From assembly GCF_018350175.1 (NCBI RefSeq), contig NC_058369.1, positions 2,420,001 to 2,484,000 of the forward strand: a stretch of DNA of 64,000 nucleotides, given 5' to 3'. Both the position numbers and the translations under genes were made by a program. This DNA is from Felis catus (lineage: Eukaryota). Below, piece by piece: positions 10,891-23,554 of this stretch; the stretch's first letter is position 1; every line of letters starts with the position of its first letter. Under the pieces are notes generated by a model. The model had not been told where the DNA came from. It worked only from the letters and a program-made list of their open reading frames with translations, and did not search any database.

Positions 10891-11525
10891 GGGACGCCTG
10901 GGTGGCTCAGTCGGTTAAGCGTCCAGCTTCGGCGTCAGGCCCCGTGCTGACCGCTCGGAGCCCGGAGCCTGCTTCGGATTCTGTGTCTCCCTCTCTCCCT
11001 GCCCCTCCCCTGCTCACGCTCTGTCTCTCCCTGTCTCTCAAAAAATAAGTAAACATTGGGGCGCCTGGGTGGCGCAGTCGGTTAAGCGTCCGACTTCAGC
11101 CAGGTCACGATCTCGCGGTCCGGGAGTTTGAGCCCCGCGTCAGGCTCTGGGCTGATGGCTCGGAGCCTGGAGGCTGTTTCCGATTCTGTGTCTCCCTCTC
11201 TCTCTGCCCCTCCCCCGTTCATGCTCTGTCTCTCTCTGTCCCAAAAATAAATAAAAAACGTTGAAAAAATTTAAAAAAAAATAAGTAAACATTAAAAAAT
11301 TTAAAAAAAAAGAAATTACTTGGGGCGCCTGGGTGGCTCAGTCAGTTGAGCGCCTGACTTCAGCTCAGGTCACGATCTCGTGGTTCATGAGTTCAAGCCC
11401 CACATCGGGCTCTCGGCTGTCAGTGTAGAGCCTGCTTTGGAGCCTCTGTCCCCCTCTCTCTCTGCCCCTCCCCTGCTTGCATGCTCTCTCTCAAAAATAA
11501 ATAAAATACATTTTTTTAATTAAAG
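10891..11525 (+). mobile_element. Stack of three Can-SINEs (heads at 10891, 11058, 11322)
   Basis: Three heads with nested TSDs (see findings). Confidence 0.92.
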
Positions 11526-14524
11526 AATTTAATTACTGTAATTGCTATCTCTATTTGACATCTTCAGACTAGGTAGTCTATTATAGGAAGAGGGTGTATG
11601 ATATATGATGTGGTATTGATCCCCTTTTAATAATAATATTATTAGGGCTACTTAGGCTATCTGTTTTTTCTTGCGTCAGTTTTGGTTATCGATGTCTGTC
11701 AAAGAACTTGTCCCTTTTCTTCGAAGCTGTCGAAGGTATGGGAATCAATCGTGTGCCCCACTCCCTCGTCCCGAGGGACATGTGAAGCGTCCATCTTTCA
11801 TTCTGTTTGTCTGCTCGCTTCCTCTCGATCCACCCGGCACGGAGGTTTACCGATGCTGGCGATCTTTCCTTGCACACCTCGAGTTTATGTATCCGAACCT
11901 CAGGGCCTTTCCACTTGCTGTTCTCCCTGCCGGTGGCTCTCGGCATCACCCACGCCTCCAGGCGGCCGGTGCTGTCACTCAAGGCAACACAACTCGTGTG
12001 TCACCTCCGCAGAGAAGTCTTCCTGGATTCCCTGACCACAAAGGCGGCCCATCCTTCTCCTTCCTCCTTTCTTCAGGGCACGTACTGACGTTCTGTAGAT
12101 TTGTTTAACTTGTTCTTTCCTGTCTGTCTCTCCAGTTACACGGAGGTGGGGACCGTGTCTTTCTTGTTCGTGCCTCTGTCCCCAGCATCCGGCCCAGGGA
12201 GCATAGTGAACCTGACAGAGAACAGATGCCCAGAGCATACTTTATGAATGAATAAGCGAATGAAGGAATCCTGTCTCTGGGGCGACTTCCCCTGGAGCTG
12301 CACCGCATCTTCCAGAGCTGGGAAGGTCCCCGGTGCCACGCCACGCTGACCACTGCCCAGCCCTCCCCACACCAGGAAGCCCCTTCTGCTGGCGTGCGGT
12401 GGGGGCAGGGAGGTTGTTCATGTTCCCAAGTGCTGATGGTGGCCCTGTGGACCACTCTGTGGACTGTGGTTTTGACCTCCCCCCTACCTCCCAGCCCCAA
12501 GGGCTGCTTCCACACCTCTCTCCCTTCTTGAAAACAGGAATTGAAACCAAAAGTTATTTTTTCCTGGAGGTGGCTGGTCTTTTTGAGGAAGCAGGCTGAG
12601 GGGCCGGGAGTCTGTCCCTGACAGGAAGCGATTGGCGTGTTGGAGAATGGTGGGGGGGGGGGGGGGGGGGGGAGGGGAGGGGGACGTCAGAATGAAGCCA
12701 TTAAAGGAGCCAGCTCTGTCCACAGAGCTTGAGGTGGATACCGCTCCTGTCCCCAGGTGGGGAAACTGAGGCCCAGAGAGGCGAAGCGATTTGCCCAAGG
12801 TCACACAGCCAGGATCGGAACCTAGAATTCTGGTTCCGGAGCCCATGCATTTGACCTCCCTGTGAATGTGCCTCTGGAGGGAAAAGCCACAGCACCCCAG
12901 TGACAGATGGGGAGACTGAGGCCCAGGGAGGTGATGGGATTGGTCTGGGGTCGGCAGCCACTCTGAGCCAGAGCTGGACCTAGAAGCTGAGCCTCCTGCC
13001 CTCCGGCATGGCCCCGTGGCCCCGTCTCCCGGAGCATCAGAGGTCTGGGGCGGCCTTCCGCCATGGAAGGAGCCACCCGGTTCCCCTTCCTCTCCACCCC
13101 CAGGAGGAAGCAGGCCCTACCCCTCTGGCCCACCAGGTGGGAAAGCTGTCCCTGCAGCCCCCAGCCCCATTTGCGGACTTTCCCGCAGCAGACCAGGAAC
13201 CTGGGGCTGGAGAGTTTCCAGAATCCTCCGTGGCTTCAGGACAGTCACGGGCTGCAAAGAGAGGGTTCCACCCAGTGGAGTTTTCAGACTTTAGGTTGTG
13301 ACCCAGTCATGAGTCACAAAATCCATGCTGTGGGTGGCGACCAGGATTTTTTTGTTTTTCCTTTAACGACACAGGGGAGAAGAAAATCAGTGCCTCGCAA
13401 GTCAGCCGTTGCTCTGTGTGACCTTTGATGGGTCCCCACATGTCTGGGGGAGACCCGAGGTCTGAGAGTTGAAAGGCTACCGGGAAGGAGGTCAGAGGGT
13501 GTGGTCCCCTGCGCTCGTCTCAGTCCCCCTTCCCGCAGCCCCCGCAGGACCTGTCCGGCTCCCGAGTGTCTGTGGACGCGTGACGTTGACATGACGTTCG
13601 TTGTCCGATGCTCTGATGGCGCCTGACCCGGCAGGCTGGCCGGAGCCCATTTTGTCAGTGAAGGACCCACCAGGGCTGGAGTTTACTCCCCTGCTTCTCT
13701 TCTCGCTGTGGGACCCCGGGAAAATCACCCCACCTCTCTGATGCCCGGGTGTCTTTTGCAAATAGCAAACCGGTGGGACTCTTTGGGGGGGGGGGGGTTG
13801 GCTGAGGACAGGCACGTGGTATTTCGGCCCAGACACCAAGAGTTAAATCAAGCTCGCGGTGACTATGGATATGGGGAACTTTCTGGTTTAATACCGCTAA
13901 CCCATGAGCTGTGCACTTGGACAGAACGAGGTCTGAGTCCCAGCTTGGCCCCTTAACCGGCTGCGTTGGCCCAAGGCAAGCCCATCAGCTGGTCTGGGAC
14001 TCAGTTTCCCCATATGAAGAGTGGGCCAAGAGCCGTCCTTCTGTCAGGCGATCTCAGACACATACGGCTCCGTGTTGGAGACTTTCAGGCTGTGGACCCG
14101 GGGCGTGGGGGTGTTTTGGGTGTTTTTTGGGGGGGAAACTTTTTATTTCGGAATAATTTTAGATGTACGGAAAAGTGGCAAAGACAGAACAGACAGTTCC
14201 CGTCCACTAAACGGCTTCCCCTGTGTTAACATCTCGTATGACCCCGGTGCACCTGTCACAGTGGGAGAGCTCCCTCGGAACCTCACGACTGCGATCCGCG
14301 AGCGGCGCTCCGGGCCTGGGATGTGGCCGGTTCTCTGCGGGGGGGCCCTTTTTCTGTTCCAGTTTCCCATTCAGCACCTCGCATCACATGTCAGGCTCTT
14401 CCCCTCGGTTAACTTTTCAGTTTGAAATGCTTTCAGACCCACTGAAAAGTTGCGCCCGGTTCTTCTGCAAACGTTGGTGTTTTACCATATTTCCTCTCTT
14501 CTCCATCTCCCTCCCTCTCGCTCC

Positions 14525-14749
14525 TTTTTTTTTTTTTTTTTTTTTGTAAGTTGACTTATTGATTTTGAGAGAGAGAGTGTGGGAGCAGGGGAGGGGCAGA
14601 GAGGGGGCGGGGAAGGGAGAGAGTCCCAAGCAGGCTCCGCGATGTCAGCGCAGAGCCTGACGCGGGGCTCGAACCCACGAACCACGAGATCGTGACCTGA
14701 GCTGAAACCGAGCCTCGGACGCTTAACCGACTGAGCCACCAGGTGCCCC
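14525..14749 (-). mobile_element. Can-SINE
   Basis: T-tail, GA run, reverse-strand head. Confidence 0.9.
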
Positions 14750-16221
14750 AGAGCAACTCATGTTCTTGGACCTCGAGTCCAGCGGACTTAACCACACCTG
14801 GTGTCACCCCAGGCCTGCCCTTGGTTGCCCACAGATATGTGGGGACACGGAGCTCCTGGGGGGGCACCTTCGCTTCTCTCCGCCTCCTCCACCCCCACTC
14901 TGCTCCCTCCGACTGTTTCCTCTTTCTGGACTCCACCCCTTCCTTTCCTGCTGCTTCCTGTTCCTCCTTCCAGTCCCCCCTCCTGTGCCGGGAAGGACCC
15001 CATGCCAGGGTCCCCCAGGAGCTGGGCGGGGCAGGGAGCTGTGGGAGGAGCCTCCCGGTCCCACCCCTCCTGCCTGGCTATCACACCATTTTACAGATGG
15101 GAAAACGGAGGCACACACACACACACACACACACACGCCAGGGCTCAGGCAGCAGGGAGTCGAGCCTTCCTCTCTGAGCTTCCAGACCGGGACTACCGAA
15201 GATCTAAGTGTTATCGTCGCAAGCCCAGGGCTGGCTTTTCTGGGCGTGGGACCCGGGCAGTCCCCCAGTGCCCTGGGCTCAGAAGGGCCCCGGCGTGCAC
15301 TTGGCCCCGTGAATCGTGTAGATGGCCCTGCAAGGACCCCTCTCCCCGCTCTGGTCCATCAGCGAAGCCTTCTCAGTCCGTCTCCCAAATATCTCTCGAA
15401 TGTCTTCTTTCCACCGGGTTCAGCCCCCGTCGTCACTCACCTAGACCTCCACCCCGGACGCCCTACCCCTGCCCTCGCCCCCGCAGTCTGTCCTCCTGCA
15501 GCGGCCACCACAGAACACCTTCGACGACCTGGGTCGGGTGCCCCACTCCGCATAGCTCTCCAGGGCTCCCACCTCCCTGGGGTGAAAGCCCGAGTCCTCT
15601 GCGTGGCCCCCAGCCCCCCGCACCACCTGGTCTCCCCCCCCCACCCCCCACTCTGCTCCAGCCAAACAGCCTTTTTGCTGTTCCTCAGTATTTTCAGCCC
15701 CGCGGGCCAGACCCCCTCGGACTGCCTGCTTCTGCTGCCCGAGCGAGCAAACAGCCAGAGGCCGTGGGGACACAAATGGCCGTGACTGTGTGCCAATAAA
15801 ACTTTATTTAGGGACGCCAAAACAGGAATTGCATACCAGCTCCACATGTGATGAAATACTCGTGTTTTTTTTTTTTTTAATTCCTTTCAATCGTTTAAAA
15901 ATGTCAAAACCACAAGGACAGAAAGTATTTGAGCCGTGAAAGCTGTCGTACAAACTGAAAACCTGCTGGGCACGCGGACACAGGCTGCCGGCTGGCTGGC
16001 CCCTCGCGCCCTGGTTGGCTGACCCCCCCCCCACCAGGGGCCTCTTACGGGGGGCTCGTTTACCCTCGCAGGCAGGCTCTGACAGCAGGGGAAACTGAGG
16101 CACGGAAGGGGAAGGCGCTCGCCCAGGGTTCCGGAGCGGGGTTGGAACCCCGGAGGCCGGGGTGGCGGGTGGCGGGAGCCCCGGGGACTGAGCTGCTGGT
16201 GTCCCCCCCCCCCCCCCCCAG

Positions 16222-16406
16222 GCCCCGGCGAGAGCGGGAAGAGCACGTTCATCAAGCAGATGCGCATCATCCACGGGGCGGGCTACTCGGAGGAGGAGCG
16301 GAAGGGCTTCCGGCCCCTCATCTACCAGAACATTTTCGTGTCCATGCAGGCCATGATCGAGGCCATGGACTGGCTGCAGATTCCGTTCAGCAGGCCCGAG
16401 AGCAGG
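16222..16406 (+). CDS. GNA15: GNA15 coding exon 2
   Basis: P-loop [19 protein letters not shown] (the Pro is typical of G15/16); cag| acceptor, |gtgagc donor; 185 nt. Confidence 0.97.
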
Positions 16407-16464
16407 GTGAGCGAGCGGGGGGCTCGGGCCGGGGCCGCGTGCTGGTGGGCCTGTGGCACTGGGG

Positions 16465-16825
16465 GTGGGACCCGTCCCTTCCGACCCCCGGGCCCAGGCT
16501 GTGTCCACTAGGACCCCCGGGGCAGGATGCGTGCCCTCTGACCCCAAAGCGCAACACATCTTCCCCTCACAACTTCCGGGGCAGGACCGCGTCCCCTCAG
16601 ACTCCCCCACCCTCTCAGGCCGAGTCCCCTCAGAAACTGCCACCCTGTCAGGGCCGCGTCCCTTCAGACACCCCCACCCTGGTGAGACCATGTCCCCTTG
16701 GACCCTCCAGATCAAGACTATGTCCTCTCAGAACCACAGGTCTGGGCCGTGTCTCATAGAACCCTCCGTTCAGGGCCATGTCCCTTTGGACACCTGGGAC
16801 AGGGCCGTGTTTCTTGGGTCCCCAG
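16465..16825. repeat. Old degenerate ~28-33-bp tandem repeat (GNA15 intron 2)
   Basis: Recurring core agggccgtgtcccctcagac with variable spacers. Confidence 0.6.
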
Positions 16826-17139
16826 GTCTTGTTAACTCTACCCCAGGAGTTTCTGTGCATTCCAGGCAACTTGGCATCAGCTCCCCTCTCGTGCTGTCCT
16901 GTGGGCCCTGCGATGACAGGGGTGGCCTGGGGGGGGGGTTCCCGAACCAGCACCCGCTTTGCTGTAGCAATGTCAATACCATTGACCGGCGACAGAGTCC
17001 GGCTTCGGGGCGGGCAGCTCCGTGTGCACGTGTCACGGGAACACTTCCCACACTCTCCACCCTCGTCACAAATGGTGGGGAGCACAGTGCAGTACGGTTC
17101 CCGGCAGGCCTCTCGCACGTGGTCCTCCTGAGGAACTAG

Positions 17140-17362
17140 AAGGTTACGGCCTCGAGTGGCAGATCCCCATATCTCCCTGCCCCAGCCCCACGCCGCTGTC
17201 CGTGTCCATGAGTTTGCTTTTTCTAGAAGCCTCACGCAAGTGGGGTCATGCGGTATTCGTCCTTCTGTGCCTGGCTTATGTCACTTAACGTGATGTCCCC
17301 CAGATTCATTCATGTCGTTACCTATTGTGGATTCCTCTTCTTTTTTTAAGGCTCAGCAATAG

Positions 17363-17398
<36 letters not shown>

Positions 17399-20300
17399 AC
17401 ATGCACCACATTCTCTTGATGGACATTTAGGTTGTGTCTGCGCCTTGGCTATTGTGACTCATGCTGCAGTGAACACAGGATGTTAGTATCTTTTCAAGAT
17501 CCTGATTTCAATTCTTTCGGTTAAACGCTCAGAAGTCGAATTGCTAGATCATAGGGTAGTTCTATTTTAATTGTTTTCAGGACCCTCCACACTTGTTTGC
17601 ATTCCCCCAACAGCACACGAGGGCTCCAATTTCTCCACAGCCTGGACAGCACTTGTGGGTTTTTTAAAAATATTTATTTATTTTTGAGAGAGAGAGAGAC
17701 AGACAGACAGAGCACAAGCAGGGGAGGAGCAGATAGCGGGAGACACAGAATCTGAACTGTCAGCACAGAGCCTGACACGGGGCTCGAACTCACAAACCGT
17801 GAGATCATGACCTGAGCCAAAGTTGGATCCTTAACTGACTGAGCCACCCAGGTGCCCCTAGAATAGCGGTTCTAACTGAGATATAACCCACGTGGTGAAG
17901 AAGCCAGTTCACAAGCTCAGTGAAGCCATCACAAGGTAAGTGCACGTGTGTAATCACTGCCCAGGACGAGAAGCAGAACGTGTCCCCAGAGGCTCCTTCC
18001 CCAAATCACTACTCCCCCAGGAGTAACCAGCAGCTATTTTGACGTTGCCTAGTTTTGAACTTCTCATACATGGAATTATACAGAACGTTCTCGCATGTCT
18101 GGCTTCTGACACTGCTCTGTATGTCTGTACTTCTTCCATCTTTGGGGGCATAGTTGTGGTTTGTTCATTTCTATCATATGTGTTTCTTTTAAAAAAAATT
18201 TTTTTTTTCAACGTTTATTTATTTTTGGGACAGAAAGAGACAGAGCATGAACAGGGGAGGGGCAGAGAGAGGGAGACACAGAATCGGAAACAGGCTCCAG
18301 GCTCTGAGCCATCAGCCCAGAGCCCGATGCGGGGCTCGAACTCCCGGACCGCGAGATCGTGACCTGGCTGAAGTCGGACGCTTAACCGACTGTGCCACCC
18401 AGGCGCCCCTGTGTTTCATGAAGACCTACACATCTCTGTTGGGTATCTATGTAGAAGTAGATTTGGATCATAAAGTAGATTAGATTAGGAGGAGACACCA
18501 GACCGTCTCCAAGCGCTTGACTATTTCACACTCCTGCCAGCAGTACATGAAGAGTTCAGTTGCCACTCATCCTTGCCAACACTAGATGCTGTCGGCTCAT
18601 TTTAACCATTCTGGTGGGTTCTTGGAAGTATTTCATTGTGGTTCTGATTTGCATTTCCCTGATTAAGAAGGAGGCTGCACACCTCTTCACAGGTTTGTCG
18701 GACATTTGGATATACCATTTTGTGAAACAACTGTTCAAATCTTTCGCCCATTTTTGTTTTTGGCTTTGTTTTGCCCTTTTTTTTTCCCTTACTGATTTAT
18801 AGCAGATTCTTTGTATGTTCTGGAGGAGAGCACTTTGTTGTGTATTTTGTAAATATTTTCTCCCCATCCATACCTTGCATCTTCATTGTTTTCACAGTGT
18901 CCGGATGAATAGCTCTTAATTTTAATGAAGTCCAGTATGTCAGTCTTCTGCTTACTGGTGTGTTGTTGGATTTTTGCTTTTTGTGTTTGTTTGTTTGTTT
19001 GTTTGTTTGTTTGTTTTTGGTAGCCAGCTTAAGAGATGTTTTTCCCCCTCAAGGTCATGATGAAATTCTCTATCACTATCTTTAACTTTTTTTACTTACT
19101 TGTTTTTTAAAGCTTTATTTATTTATTCTTGAGAGAAAGCATGCTCATGGGAGCAGGGGAGGGGCAGAGAGAGAGGGAGAGAGAGAGAATCCCAAGCAGG
19201 CTCTGTGCTGTCAGCATGGAGCTGGATGCGGGGCTCGAACCCACGAACCGGGAGATCACGACCTGAGCTGAAACCAAGAGTAGGATGCTCAACCGACTGA
19301 GCCCCCCAGGTGCCCTCTATTGCTGTCTTTTAAGTGGAGCTTTATTGTTCCAGATTTAGATTTACCTTGTACCTGGAATTGATTTCTGTGTAGGGTGTGA
19401 TCACGTTTCTTTCCTTTTTTATCCTCCTGGTGCAGATATTCAGTGGTGGCAGTGCCCCTTGACATTTTCCCCACCGTACCAGTCTTGTCTTTGTGATCAA
19501 TCGGGTGTTCAGATGTGCCTGGATCTGTTAACGCTCGCTGTTCTGTTCCGTTGGTCAATTTCTCTGCCTTTGAGCAAACATCATTTCATGTTAGTGATTG
19601 TAGCTTCCTAATACGTAGTCTCGGAGCCTGCAAGTGGAAATCCTTCCACTTTGTCCTCCAGAATGGCGTTGGCTGCTCCGGGCCCTTTTGCATTTCTACA
19701 TTAAGTTTAGAATTATCTTTTCAGTGTTTACGCGCACACACGCCTTTCTGGGATTTTGGTAGAATTGCATGGAATCTGTAGATTAATTTGGGGAGAACTG
19801 GCAGCTTAAAAATGCTGAGTCTTTCAATCCACGAACACGGCACAGCCTTCCAATTATTTAGATCCTTTACATTTTTTCTTTAGCGGGACGTCTGGATGGC
19901 TCAGTCGGTTAAACGTTCGACTTTGACTCAGGTCGTGATCTCAAGGTTCATGAGTTTGAGCCCCGCGTCGGGCTCTGTGCTGACAGTGCAGAGCCCCCTT
20001 TGTTGTTGTTGTTTTTTAATGTTTTCTTTTTTTCTTTCTTTATTTAGAGAGCATGAGCAGGGGAGGGGCAGAGAGAGAGAGAGAGGGAGAGAGAGAATCC
20101 CAAGCAGGCTCCATGCTGCCAGCACAGAGCCCGATGCGGGGATCGAACTCACAGACCGTGAGATCATGACCTGAGGTGAAATCAAGAGCCGGGCGCTTAA
20201 CTGACTGAGCCACCCAGGTGCCCCGCAGAGCCTACTTTGGATCATCTCTCCCCCCCGCACCCCTCCTCCGCTCACACAAATAAACATTTAGTAAAGAAAT

Positions 20301-20640
20301 TTTTTCTTTGTGATGTTTGTATATTTCAGCGTGGGGAGATTTCACGTGTGTTGTTAGATTTATTCCTAGGTATTTGATATCTTTTTTTTTTTTTTGCTAC
20401 TGTAAATGGGATTTAAATTCTTGAAAACGTCCACCAGTTGGTGGTTAATATGTAGCCACACATCGGATGTGTGTCTGTTGATCTCGCCAAGGTAACTATT
20501 CTGACAGCTCATCGCTAGACTGTGTTGGACTTTCTACGTGCAGTCATGCTCTCGGCGAGTAACCACCGTGTGACATACTCCTGTCCAAACCTGACGCCTT
20601 TCGTTTCCTTTCCCTCTTGGGTGGCCCTGGCGAGGACCTC
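17140..20640 (-). mobile_element. Fragmented old L1 block in GNA15 intron 2, interrupted by Can-SINEs (- 17660-17858, - 18187-18409, - 19086-19315, nested pair 19884-20290)
   Basis: ORF 18556-18867 (KWAKDLNSCFTKWYIQMSDKPVKRCAASFLIREMQIRTTMKY) matches the L1 ORF2p C-terminal motif KWAKDLNRHF...IREMQIKTT. Confidence 0.85.
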
Positions 20641-21153
20641 AGTAGAAGTGGTGGCCCTCGTCGTCACACTCCCAGGCACAGAGGCACACACGCCCCCCCA
20701 CGAGCATACACGCACGTGCCCACACGGACACACGCACGCACGTGCACAGGCCAACGCAGAAGTCTGAGCCGCCGTCCCCGCTGGAAGGAAAGGAGGACGG
20801 GTGGAGGCAGGGGAGGGGCAGCACGAGGGGCCGGCGGGCGCACGGCTCCGGCTGCGTGTGCCTCGACCTCCCCGCGGGACCTGCACGCATTGTTTCATCA
20901 CGCTACCTGTCTGTCGTGAGGGCACCTGTAGCGACTTGCCTCATGAGCGTCAAAGACGCAGAACTGATGTCCCTGCACGTGCCCTCTCTGCTGCCCCTCT
21001 GCCCTCCACCTGGGGACAAAGGCGGGCGCGAAGGAAGGAGCAGAGGCGAGGCGGGGGGGTCTAGGAACTGCGGTGTGTGTGTGTGGGGGTCCGTCGCAGA
21101 GGGGCACAGTGGCTCGCGGGGATGTCTGACTCGCCCCATCCCTCCCTCCCCAG

Positions 21154-21308
21154 CACCACGCCAGTCTGGTCATGAGCCAGGACCCCTACAAAGTGACCAC
21201 TTTCGAGAAGCGCTGCGCCGTGGCCATGCAGTGGCTGTGGAGGGACGCCGGCATCCGGGCCTGTTATGAGCGTCGCCGGGAGTTTCACCTGCTGGACTCG
21301 GCCGTGTA
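21154..21308 (+). CDS. GNA15: GNA15 coding exon 3
   Basis: HHASLVMSQDPYKVTTFEKRCAVAMQWLWRDAGIRACYERRREFHLLDSAVY; 155 nt; cag|...|gtgagt. Confidence 0.97.
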
Positions 21309-21437
21309 GTGAGTGCGGGGCTCGGGGGCGGTAGGTGTGGGGCCCAGATGCAGCCGGTGGCGAACTCGTCCCGGGACAGAAGGGGCCCAGGCTGGTTGGC
21401 TCCCACTGCGGGAGGTGCTGTGGATGGTCTTGCTCCC

Positions 21438-21870
21438 GGGTGACGTCGTTCCTAGGGGGACACAGCTCCTAGGGTGACGTCGTTCCTGGGGAGACACAGC
21501 TCCTAGGGTGACGTCGTTCCTGGGGGGACACAGCTCCTAGGGTGACATCATTCCTGGGGAGACACAGCTCCTGGGGTGACGTCGTTCCTGGGGGGACACA
21601 GCTCCTAGGGTGACGTCGTTCCTGGGGGGACACAGCTCCTAGGGTGACATCATTCCTGGGGAGACACAGCTCCTGGGGTGACGTCGTTCCTGGGGAGACA
21701 CAGCTCCTAGGGTGACGTTGTTCCTGGGGGGACACAGCTCCTAGGGTGACATCGTTCCTGGGGAGACACAGCTCTTGGGGTGACGTCGTTCCTGGGGGGA
21801 CACAGCTCCTAGGATGACGTTGTTCCTGGGGAGACACAGCTCCTGGGGTGACGTCGTTCCTGGGGGGACA
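21438..21870. repeat. 34-bp minisatellite, ~12.7 copies (GNA15 intron 3)
   Basis: Unit gggtgacgtcgttcctggggagacacagctccta; TGAC recurs exactly every 34 nt from 21441 to 21849. Confidence 0.97.
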
Positions 21871-22260
21871 GTGCTCATCACCACGCAGTGACACCCCCTG
21901 GGCACGATGCTGGGCATTGAGGGCGATTTGACACCTGCAGCCTGTTCCCAGGCCGTCACTTTTCTTGGGACAGTGCCACTCCTGGGGGTGACAGCTCTCC
22001 CAAGGTGACACCCCTCCCCCGGTGACACTGTTCTTGAGTTCACGCTGTCCTTGAAGTCCTGCTGTTCTGAGGGTGAGGCTGCTTCGCCCCGTGCTCCCTC
22101 AGCCTCAGGGTGATGCTCCCGGGGCCACCTGCAGACCCAGAGGTCCGGCCCCTCCCCAGCAGCTCCCCTCCCCCCGCAGGGTCATCTCTGGGCTTTGGAG
22201 GGGGGTCTGAGAAACAAAGGGAGGCTGCGAGACTAGGCCTCAGGGCTCCTCACTCCACAG

Positions 22261-22389
22261 CTACCTGTCCCACCTGGAGCGCATCACTGAGGAGGACTAC
22301 ATCCCCACGGCACAGGACGTGCTCCGGAGCCGCATGCCCACCACCGGCATCAATGAGTACTGCTTCTCCGTGCAGAAGACCAACTTGCG
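22261..22389 (+). CDS. GNA15: GNA15 coding exon 4
   Basis: YLSHLERITEEDYIPTAQDVLRSRMPTTGINEYCFSVQKTNLR (switch I); 129 nt. Confidence 0.97.
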
Positions 22390-23554
22390 GTGAGCCCACA
22401 GCTCGGAGCTGGGGAAAGCTTCCTGTAGGAGGGGGCAAAGGAACTGGGGCCCTGAAGGATGAATAGGAGTTTCCCAGTACCAGTCCTCAAGCGGCTTCCA
22501 GGCTGAAGTAGGCTGAGCTGGATCTAGACACCTGGAGACCCCATGCAGTCAGGTGTGGGACCTGGAAGAGCCCGGAATGAGGCCACCAGAGGTCCAGGAG
22601 GGCAGGTCTTCCTGAAGGAGGGGACATTGGTATTGGGGCATTGAAGGTTGAATAGGAGTTCAGTCGGATAACTCGAAGGGCTGCTGGGTAGGAGGAGACG
22701 GAGACTGTGTGGTCAGCGGTTTTCCAGAGGGATCGATTTGGGCCTGGGGAAGCTCAGAGGGTGATCCCCCCGATGGGGTGAAGCTGGAGGTCAGGGGACT
22801 CAGGAGTGGGCGGGAGCCATGATCCAGGCAGGAAGCGCTGGTAAGGGCCAGGGCAGTGGTCGCGGGGATGGAAATGAGGGGATGGAGCAAAAATTGTTCC
22901 CGACGTAGAATGGGCAGGACCAGATGAGCCCAAGGATCAGAGAATCTGGGTGATGGGGTAAATGTCGGGTCACGGTGGTGGTGGCAGCGTGGGGGTGTTA
23001 GACTAGACAATGATGTCCTTTGGGGCACGTTGAGTCTGAGGGATCTGGGGCATCTGGGAGGTGGCTAGATACACACAGGCCTGAGCTGGAAGGCAGAGGC
23101 GTGAGTGGCCAGCGCAGCAAGGGGTCCAGGCAGAGTGACGGCCAGCGTCAAAGACTAAAGGCGAGGTCGGGAAGAGTACACTGGGAAAAGTGACTTCTGG
23201 GATTGGCATTTAGAGGGTCATCAGTGACCTTAACAAGCTCCGTGTCTGTGGGCTGATGGCAGGGAGCTGTGGAGGGTGCGGGGTGAGGATTGGACACAGG
23301 GGTTGTGCTCACCTCACCCATACTGAGTCTCACACTGTCCTGAATTGATACCCCAAACGTGCTCCTCTGGCCTTTGCAATAGTCTTCACCAGGAAGGCTC
23401 ATAATTTATCTGTTTGCCATCGGTCTCCTCCTGATGGAGAGCCCCACAAGGCTAGGGGCTGAGTTTGATTCCCCTGCTTTGCTAGTGATGATCAGCTCAA
23501 GATCAGAGTGGAAGTTAGTGAATGTGGGAGGAGAGTTGGAAAGATGGAAGGATA

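Noticed and set aside
21438..21870. CRISPR-like look of the 34-bp array
   Set aside because: Units are contiguous with no unique spacers; eukaryotic intron; no cas genes.
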